The notes beneath the pieces were generated by a model. It had not been told where the DNA came from. It saw only the letters and a list, made by a program, of their open reading frames with translations, and did no database searches. From positions 2,571-26,570 of the forward strand of contig NZ_WBVP01000024.1 of the NCBI RefSeq assembly GCF_008933155.1: a stretch of DNA of 24,000 nt. Direction: 5' to 3'. Source of the DNA: Aliivibrio finisterrensis. Its GTDB lineage: Bacteria; Pseudomonadota; Gammaproteobacteria; Enterobacterales; Vibrionaceae. The position numbers were made by a program, and so were the translations under genes. Positions 13,014-21,700 of the stretch are shown one piece after another; position 1 is the first letter of the stretch; every line of letters begins with the position of its first letter.

Positions 13014-14381
13014 TTATCCATGCAATTGACGCCACTTTTCTAACTGAGACGGCCTTAGACCGTATCTAGCCAGTACTCCCTCGTGGATTCGTCTTAACTC
13101 TTCTAATGCAAGGGCAATAATGTTTTGCTTATCCGTGTCTTCTTCATTGCGAATAAACGATTCAATGATATCAAGGGGTTGAGATTCAGGCGTCAGTATG
13201 ACTTGTTTAACAATCTCCTTTATCTTTGCTCGATATTGCAAGCGTTGTTGATCTGGCTTTACTAGCTCTTGTTTAACGGCTAGGTATTCTTTTGTTGAGC
13301 GCTCGTACGCCCATAAATACAGATCACGAAGCAGCTCAATTCTATTCATTTCGTACACACCAAGTACCGCTTTGCTGTAGGCTTCTTCCGGTACATCTAA
13401 AAATGTAAGAGGACATACGTTGGCTTTAAGCAACGGAATATTTGCAGCCAAACGAGAAGTGCGTTTATTAATGTCAGCAAAGGGTTGCAGGTAAGGTAAA
13501 TGCACCATAATAAAAAATGATTGTTCAAATGGATCGATGATTTGATTGGCTTTATTGAGTACCGCTTCTAGTTGAATAGAGAGCACCTCTTCAGATGACA
13601 TCGGTTTATAGACACTCCCGCCGATTTCAACAACATGACTACGCACTCGTCCTTCATCAAACGGGTTGGATAATAAGTTTTCTGAAAGCGCACTGTGCAA
13701 ATTCAATATTGTAAAACGATTGAACTCAACGGTATCGACATTATCAATCAGCAATTCAATCGCTGATTTATGATTTAAAATCATCTGTGTCTCGATGATG
13801 TCTTTTCCTTGTGCAAACTGGCCATGCTCAATTAACTCAACAGTGTCTAATCGACTATAGGTATTGCCCTCAAGGTGGCTTGATGCCCAAGATAAGTCGA
13901 TTAATAAGCGGTTGTAGATGTCTCTTCCATACGTGCCCGCAGGTTGCGTTGCATAGATGGTTTTTCCCATGCGATGTAACTGACGGCGAATAGGCTCAGA
14001 AAGGTAGTATGTTTTATTTGGAGTATAATCATTTAAAAAATCACGAGCATAACCAACGGGTTCACGCTCAAAAATAGGCTTATCTAAATAATTAAGAATG
14101 TCATGGCTATCTGGTGAGAGTGGGATCGATTTTGGAAAACTATCATACTCATTATCGGTTGAATTGATAGCCACTTCTCTAACAATACGCGCAATGTATT
14201 TACGAGAACGACCGTCACCAATGACTTCTATCTGTTTATCTTCAATCAGTATGTTAAGCCAGCGCTGAAGCGTACGACGAATTAAATCTGGATGATCACT
14301 AATAATGTCGGAAATAGACACAGGGTGGCATTGCTGCTCGATATAACGCTGGATTTCAAACCTATTCATGACATAAACCAT
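13014..14381 (-). CDS. Fic-domain protein with an N-terminal winged-helix domain, a Fic_N inhibitory motif and a degenerate active-site loop
   Basis: 455 aa. N-terminal wHTH-like ISDIISDHPDLIRRTLQRWLNILIEDKQIEVIGDGRSRKYIA. WASSHLEGNTYS matches (S/T)xxxE(G/N). The Fic loop reads HLPYLQPFADINKRTSRLAANI where HPFx(D/E)GNGRxxR is expected: Gln replaces the catalytic His and NK replaces GNG. The start may be the ATG at 14381 or at 14369. Confidence 0.82.
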   Translation of the reverse strand: MVYVMNRFEIQRYIEQQCHPVSISDIISDHPDLIRRTLQRWLNILIEDKQIEVIGDGRSRKYIARIVREVAINSTDNEYDSFPKSIPLSPDSHDILNYLDKPIFEREPVGYARDFLNDYTPNKTYYLSEPIRRQLHRMGKTIYATQPAGTYGRDIYNRLLIDLSWASSHLEGNTYSRLDTVELIEHGQFAQGKDIIETQMILNHKSAIELLIDNVDTVEFNRFTILNLHSALSENLLSNPFDEGRVRSHVVEIGGSVYKPMSSEEVLSIQLEAVLNKANQIIDPFEQSFFIMVHLPYLQPFADINKRTSRLAANIPLLKANVCPLTFLDVPEEAYSKAVLGVYEMNRIELLRDLYLWAYERSTKEYLAVKQELVKPDQQRLQYRAKIKEIVKQVILTPESQPLDIIESFIRNEEDTDKQNIIALALEELRRIHEGVLARYGLRPSQLEKWRQLHG

Positions 14382-14386
14382 TTTAA

Positions 14387-14460
14387 TAGTGACACCTTAC
14401 TAAATGAAAGTGTCACAATTATGGCGTATTTATCTTTTAGTGACAACGAAAGTGTCACTA
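14387..14460. promoter_or_regulatory. Operator-like array upstream of the fic-like gene
   Basis: TAGTGACA occurs at 14387-14394 and 14438-14445. Its complement TGTCAC(A/T)A occurs at 14411-14418 and 14453-14460. The 11-mer GAAAGTGTCAC is repeated 42 bp apart (14406 and 14448). The second pair is a perfect 8-7-8 palindrome. Confidence 0.5.
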
Positions 14461-14702
14461 AAAAAATATAGATTGCTCCGTTTAGTGCCGATGGTTGACG
14501 CACTTTGTTTGCGCTTTTTGTAAACAAGGTGCGCCGAAAATAGCTGGCACGAAGTGCGAGCGCCCCAAACTTGGGGAAGGGGGTGGTAATATAAAGCAAC
14601 CCACGCTTTTGCGCCTCTATGGAATAATTTTTTTCACTCCAGAGGAAAGCACAACTATTTCATCGCCTTGGTATACAGACTTACACGCGAAAAAACGTTT
14701 TT

Positions 14703-15686
14703 TTGTCACGTTTACTTGGACATTCTGCTATAGAAACCACATTCAGTTCATACGTGCACCTAACTTCTCTTCATATTTATTTACGTAATATGAAGAGAAA
14801 TGAATCTCCTCTGAATTTTCTACAGCATAATATTGATTATACAATTAAACTCGATAACGAAAGTATGAGACCGATACGGAAAGGTAATCCATTAGCGCTT
14901 TATCACGATACGCTACCAGTTGAATTAATTGGAAAGCGTAGACCAGATTTAGAAAGTTCGCTTCAATTCATCCTCAATAAAGAAGAGGGAGAAGTAAAGT
15001 CGGATACTTTGAAGATGGCTGATATTTTAAAATGTATCTCATTATTATCTTATAGTTACTCTATAAATCAATCAGCTGAATTATCCAAAGTAACTGAAAG
15101 AGCTATAAGTCGAATTGCTTTTAGATTAGAAGATCACAAAGAAATTTATACTAAACGATCAAAAAGTACACTTCCGGAGTTCTGCGGTATAACTAAGTTA
15201 AATCAATATCAAAACAAACAGCTCACGTTTTTTGTTCAGCAGTTTGATCAATCGATAGGGTCAGGATCGTTACTTAACGCCAAAATTGATTTCCAACAGG
15301 TAACAAATACACTTCATTATTGTGTTGGAGCCAAAGGTCACTTAATTCGAACGCATAATGTAAAAGTCGTCGCATTCTTACTGAAAATGATGAAAGTGGT
15401 GGGTATAAGAGATTATCACATAAGAATTAAATGGCACTTTACTCATGAGATGGCAACTGATGATATTACAATTGAGAAAGTAATATCTCATTATCGATAT
15501 TGGGAGAACCTAATACAAAAACGGGTTGGTTATGAGGCTACAATTATCGGAGTAGAGCATAAAATCCATACCTACACTCTGGGGACAATGGGGGTTGTAA
15601 TTAAAAACCATAACTTAAATCAGCCTAAATATATTAGTTTTCTATTCCAACCCATCAATCAAACCTTGGTGGAATGTAACCATTAG
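14703..15686 (+). CDS. 327-aa ORF: tyrosine-recombinase C-terminal motif followed by ~300 aa of unknown sequence
   Basis: The first residues, SRLLGHSAIETTFSSYVHL, match the conserved recombinase terminus LLGHssiettxxYxHL (His and the catalytic Tyr). No upstream catalytic domain exists in this frame. The remainder has no recognisable motif. The ORF contains repeat copy B (15578-15598). It may be a remnant or fusion rather than a functional gene. Confidence 0.45.
   Translation: MSRLLGHSAIETTFSSYVHLTSLHIYLRNMKRNESPLNFLQHNIDYTIKLDNESMRPIRKGNPLALYHDTLPVELIGKRRPDLESSLQFILNKEEGEVKSDTLKMADILKCISLLSYSYSINQSAELSKVTERAISRIAFRLEDHKEIYTKRSKSTLPEFCGITKLNQYQNKQLTFFVQQFDQSIGSGSLLNAKIDFQQVTNTLHYCVGAKGHLIRTHNVKVVAFLLKMMKVVGIRDYHIRIKWHFTHEMATDDITIEKVISHYRYWENLIQKRVGYEATIIGVEHKIHTYTLGTMGVVIKNHNLNQPKYISFLFQPINQTLVECNH
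15578..15598 (+). repeat. 21-nt exact direct repeat, copy B (partner at 5348-5368)
   Basis: TCTGGGGACAATGGGGGTTGT, here inside the 327-aa ORF (codons for TLGTMGVV). Confidence 0.9.
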
Positions 15687-15724
15687 TCAAGTCGATATTC
15701 TTATTCATCCATTGTAAGTGAATA

Positions 15725-15769
15725 TCACCTCGAGAAACGAATTCGAATTCGAATTCGAATTCGAGGTGA
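15725..15769. repeat. 45-bp near-palindrome containing (GAATTC)4 across the 3' end of the giant gene
   Basis: TCACCTCGA-GAAAC-GAATTCGAATTCGAATTCGAATTC-GAGGTGA. The outer 9-bp arms are complementary and the core is four tandem EcoRI sites (15739-15762). On the coding strand it reads CCT(CGAATT)4CGT TTC TCG AGG TGA, giving P(RI)4RFSR-stop. Confidence 0.95.
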
Positions 15770-18700
15770 AATTAATCGAATGCACAACAGCATTAATAGT
15801 AATATTGAGTATATTGTTATACTACCACCTGATGCACCACTAGATTCAGGCTGTGTTGCTGATATTTCTGCTGAATAATTAATATTCATATCAACTGTAC
15901 CAACCGCACCATCTAATTGGACGGTAAACGTTAATGCCTGTGCAGAGCGATACCAACTCGGAATTTGTAAATCAATACGAGTGCCACTGTTAGCAGTAAT
16001 GTTAGTCGTTACATACTTAGATGTGATGCTAACGACTTGAAGTGATTCACAATCAGTCACAGCGATATAGTCACAAAGATCAATATCTACAGAGAAATTT
16101 AGAGGAATATTGTCAGGATTATAAGTAATAACATAATCAAAAGGATCGATATTTAAGCTAGGAATAGAACTGTAAACGTAACTTGGGTCGTCAATATTAT
16201 CATCATGGTTATTATCTCCATCGTGTCGCCCACCATCTTTGATAGTCATTTCAATACAATAACCACCGACTACAATCTCTTCTTGATAAAGAGAAGAATG
16301 AGGAGGAGGACAATTGCCAAGTTCCCCTCTTGCGTACTTAAGATTACTGCCATCTTCGCTTTCGTCAAAGTCAAACCAGCCTTCTTGGTCCGTGTATTTA
16401 CGTAAAATGCTGCCTGACGACAAAGGTTCTAACAGCGGAATAACTACAATACTGCTTTGTGAGTTTTGATTACGAACCGTAAAGTTGAACACATTTTCGG
16501 ATGAATAATTAGGGTTAGTTGAGTCATCAGGAATAATACCAGACAGTGTGCTTGCATTAATATAAGGTGAGCTTGCGTCAATTTTATTAGATAGTTGGCC
16601 TAGTATGAGGCAATCACCTGGTGTTGACTCAAAGATCAAACTTAAACTGGTATTAACAGCATTGCTTTGTAGTTCACAATCATCAATAGGATCGAGATAA
16701 TTCGGTATCATGTCGTTATCGAAATCGGCAAATCCTTCTTCGGCATCAGTTAGACCATCGTTATCTGTATCCATGTCTAGGCTTAGCTCGACTTCTTCGA
16801 CTATCCGTAGCGATGTTTTGCCGACGATAGGTTGTTGTTCTAAGCCTAACGGGTATGCGGTAAATGTAAAGTCGTAACGACCTGTCTCTTTAAGCTCTGG
16901 CAAGATGAGAGGTTCATAATTGCTCGTCTGTCCCGCACTTTCTTCTGAGATATTTGGCCCACTATAGTACCAATCGATGATCACGCTATTATCATCATCT
17001 AATGGTACATTGCTGTTAATGATGATATTTAAGTCAGATAGTGAAGCCGGAGTGGCTATAGATACAATATTATTATCTGCGTTATAAAAATTAGCATTTA
17101 GCGTTATTGGCTGCTTATCTTCAGATATAGTAAGGACTGCTTCTGATAATGGTCCGGTATGAACATTACTTGCGAAACTAAGGTGCAACGTTTCTTCACC
17201 TTCGTTAAGGTTGTCTTCATAAATATCAATTTCAAGAATACCTTCTGTCCCCGATGTGATAACGACGTCATTGGTATTTAAGAGTGATACAGAATGATCG
17301 TTATTATCACTCGTACTTTCGGTGCTAACTATAACGGGTATCGTAACCGGATAGCTTGGCGCTGAGCCACTGAGTTTAATTCTAATCTGAGCAGTTGTGC
17401 CTTCATAGGTAGTAGACATCGGGATAAATTCGGCGTAAGGGGTAATATTAACTTGCTGACTAACGATTTGAGTTGTGTTCCTTGCTGCATCAACAGCCTG
17501 CCAATAAATCACATGAGAGCCAGAACGAAGCAATAGTGTGCCATCATATAATGAAACTGGGATCGGAACACCGTTAATGTCAGTTGCTTTTGGAGAGAAT
17601 ATCTCTATACGATTAAATAATCCGGTTGCTTTTAAATCGAGACTAGGGAGCTCTTCAAACTCTGGCTTGTCTGTTTGAAGGCTATCTGATTCTAACTTTA
17701 TGAGTCCTTTATTGCTTGAACCATGCTGATCAGCAATTACGTACTCGATATACCACGAGGCAGGTAAATTAGTTGGTAAAGTATATTGTATTTTATTATC
17801 CACTATCGCGATGTTACCAAATTTACTCTTAGCACTAACAAGAGTAATTTGATCGCCTTCATCAGTGTCGTAATCATTGTCTAGTGGCGAAAGTGTAATT
17901 GTTGTTGATGGTTCAACTTTCACACTGTCATCAAGCGCAATAGGGGCATTATTTTTGTTAACCACAGGCGGTAAAGGCTCTCCTGTCAATAACTGGCTCA
18001 TATAGTATCGGTCACTGTAGAGCACTCTATATATCGAAGCATCTATCACGCTGGTTTGCACTGCTTTCACCTGAACCCAACCAAGTGAGGCTACATTTGT
18101 TACTAAATCTTGGAGTGATGAATAGACTCTATTAGGATCACTTGCGTCAAGATATTGAAGTTCAAGTGTAAATAGCCCTGACTCTTGTCCGTTATTTTCG
18201 AGTGGTGATGAGCTAATAAGTGCGGTTCGAGAACTTCGAACTACAGGCTTATTAGGGGCCAGTACGAGTTTACTATACCAAGATTCCATTGACGCTTTAT
18301 TCGTATCGGATTGGACTGCTGCCTCACTCAATGCATATTGACTGACTAAGCTATCACCATCTTGGTAGACGAGATGTAATAACACATATTTATCACTTAC
18401 ACCGCTGTCTGTAGAAATCCAGCGATTTGAATTGTGTATGTCATTAGGATCATCTAACACGTACCATGTTTTGCTAACCACATAATCACTCGATGACAAT
18501 AGCTCACCATCTTGAGAAAAAGTAATGTCTGCCGTTAGAGGCGTATCTAGGTAAATAGGGTTTGGCATTTCGATATGCACTTTAAGTTTATCCAGTTGAT
18601 TGTCTTGTGGTGATACGAAATCGGATAATACTTGTCGCGCGACACGAGTTTGAGTATCACTGTTTAGTGTCGCTTCAACGCCTACGTAGTAATTAAGATC

Positions 18701-21700
18701 ATCAGCTGTGATGTGATATTGGGCTTGGTTCGCACCATTAATAGGTTGTGCTAGCGCCCATTTACCCAGCTTAGGCAAGCGATACCACTGATAAGATACC
18801 TTTTCAGAATTATCAACAGAACGATGTGCAACCTTAAGTTGAGTTGCAATTATAGGCTGGACAGCATAAGGCAGAATTGAGATCGCCCATGGTGATTGAG
18901 TGGCATCTATTTGAATGACATTCGAGAAAAGATCTGGTGTTAATTCACCAAAATCATCTTGTCGATTAACGATAACACGTAAGTATTGGTCAGCAGTTTG
19001 AACGGTGTAGTACGCATTGATTTCCCCACTGATATTTGCCCATGAAATACCATCGCTACTGTGTTGCCATTGATAATTGATTACCGGAGGTAACAAATCG
19101 AATGAGAGTTTACTACCGACCAATTGTGTATTAAGTGTTTGATCTGTTGTTGCTGTACTTGCGCCTCCTTGGATTAAAACAGTATCAAAGTAACGCGCTC
19201 TATCCATGGTATTGGCATGCTCGTCGGTTGCTTGTTGGTCACTGTTACCAGACCATACAGCGGTAATACTACTAAATAAGCGAGCGCCATTATCTAGCGT
19301 AATTTGTAATTGATGAGTAAAGTCTGTGTCATCTTCATTGAGCGTATAGCGAGAGGCTACAGCGCTATTAATAGCGATACCATTGCTCTGCCATGAACCA
19401 TTAACAGGAATACGATACCATTGATAAGCACTTACGTTACTGAATGTCTGTGCTAGATAATTCTCTAACCATTGTTTCGATGTATTGCTGATCTCATAGC
19501 TGTTATCTTCAGGAGTGAAGTGAATAGCTAATGTTTCGGTTGGTAGTGTATTTGGATTATTGATAATGGCATTCGACGAGTCAGAATAATTAGGACTGAG
19601 GTCGTCTACGCCTTCGCTTAATATAAGTTGCAAGCGAAGTTTTTTGCCGACATCTTCAGTGCTAACTTGATAGGTGGCCATGTTAGCCATGTCAATATCA
19701 GCCCAAGACTCACCATCGACACTAGACTGCCACTGATAATTTGCTGTTATCAAACTTTGAGCATTAAGCTGTGCCAGATCACTTTCTGTTAACGAAACAA
19801 GCATACCGGTTGAAAGGGTTGTCTCAGATAAAGTGAGCGATAATTTATTAGACAAGTCAATCAATGTATTTGATTGCGGTGCAATGATGACGATATCTGT
19901 ATCAATAGTACGTTGGATAATCAGCGTATCGTTATCGTAATACATCACTGCAATACGGAGCATCGAACCAAGGTCATTAGAAGATGGTATATAGCGGTCA
20001 CCTTGTATAAGGTTAGTGACAGTGCCATTAAGTGCTACTCTTTGCCAAATAATTTGACGTTCTGTAAACATTGCTGGCGGTTCAGATGAGAGCAAACTTG
20101 ATTTTAAGCTGATAGCCAGACCTACTTGAGGTTGAGCAATATCTGCGATAGAAATATCATAATTAATGATGCTATTTTGTACTTTAGGCGTGCTCGCAGA
20201 AAGACTCTCATGTATCTGATTATTATCGTTATTGGTGGCCTTTATGCTCAGACGGTAATGATGTCCTACAGTAAGCCCAGAAGTAAGGTCTTGGTAACTT
20301 TGACTCTCACTCCCTAAGTTTTTCCAACCACTATCATCATTAAATTGCCACTGATACGTAACTGAAACTGGGTAGTTTTGCATGAGTGCTTCAACATCGT
20401 TAACGACTACTGCTTGGTTGCTGAGCGAAATGGTATCGTTTGGCGTTAAAGGTTGGTCAAACGAAAGATGAGGAATAATATTACGAATAAACAAAGCCGG
20501 CTCTGGGTTGTAGTTAAAGCTTGCTTCAAATGTTCGAGTATCATCAGAGTTTGTTTGGGAGATCTGTTTTGCCTTAACCTTAACTGAGTTGGTATTTGGA
20601 TATGAAATTAACAAATCAGATAAATTGTTTCTTGCGTCACTTGGGGCTTTATCTGAGTAGAATGTGTAATCTACTGTGTAACTGTTACCAAGATTTGGAG
20701 CCAACGTTTCTTGATCATCCTTAGCTGAAAGGAAGGCGGTTGATGTGGTATCTACTGGATCTCGTGGAGACATATCAATAGTACTGAACCACTCAGAGAA
20801 GGTCGTTGGCGTTGTCTCGCTGCTTACAACGGTGTTACTTAGCACAACTAAAGATAGTGGGTTAGTTAAGCTGTCTTCGTTGTAATTTATTGACAATAAA
20901 ACATATTTCCCAACAGCGTTGTCGGTTAAAATAGTGTTCGGCATGGCTTGCCAATTTGACGATATATCTTTGTCACTCAATGAAGAAACCAAATACCACT
21001 CAGCAGTGATGTCGCCAGAAGGTGCGCCGACAATCTCTCCGTTTTTATATAACTGCATGTCATATTCTAAGTGACTATCTTGATATAGCATCGATGGAGA
21101 CAGTGTTGCTGATAGGTAATAACTATCAGAACTGTTACTGTTGCTTGCTTTGACTGGACTTGTGATACTCATTTGTGCACTAATTTGAGCCCCAGTAGCA
21201 TCGGAGACTGTGGCGGTGACAGCGATAAAGTAACCAATATCGTCTTCGGAGAGAATATAATCTGCCTTCGTAGCATTAGAAATCGCTACAGCATTACTTG
21301 TATCAGCAGTACTCATTCTATGCCACTGGTAGGTGACATTCTCATCCAAAACGACATCTCGGTGACTAGCCGTAATTGGCTGCCCAACAATATATTCACT
21401 TGTTTGAGTCAAATTGACTTGCCATGGTGTGAGTGGGTTGTTACTGCTGTCAACGCTGCGTGCTGGTGCGATCAGCTGTGGCAGTGGATTACCATTGTTA
21501 TCTTGGCTATCGACCAGTACACGAATATCCATGCCTTGATCACTATTTGCTAGTGTATAGCTTGGATTATTCAAGCCAATATTACTCCAATCTCCTTGCG
21601 TACCTGTAAGACGACTTTGCCAAGTGTAGCTAAGGTTTGTAGGTCGTTGATCTTTTTGTAAACTACTACCATACAGTTCGGCAGTAATCGTATTGGTACT

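Noticed and set aside
12755-13069. 104-aa ORF 12755-13069 (+) and 66-aa ORF 12835-13035 (-)
   Set aside because: The plus-strand ORF is a read-through from the duplicated gene fragment into the antisense of the 3' end of the fic-like gene, and it starts inside a hairpin. It is annotated as a gene fragment instead. The minus ORF is its shadow.
13811-13993. 60-aa plus-strand ORF inside the fic-like gene
   Set aside because: It is antisense to a well-supported CDS.
14366-14788. Track ORFs 14366-14599 (-) and 14495-14788 (+)
   Set aside because: They cover the fic promoter and operator region and have no recognisable motifs. The plus-strand one is discussed only as the frame that a 1-nt change in the T7 tract would join to the 327-aa ORF.
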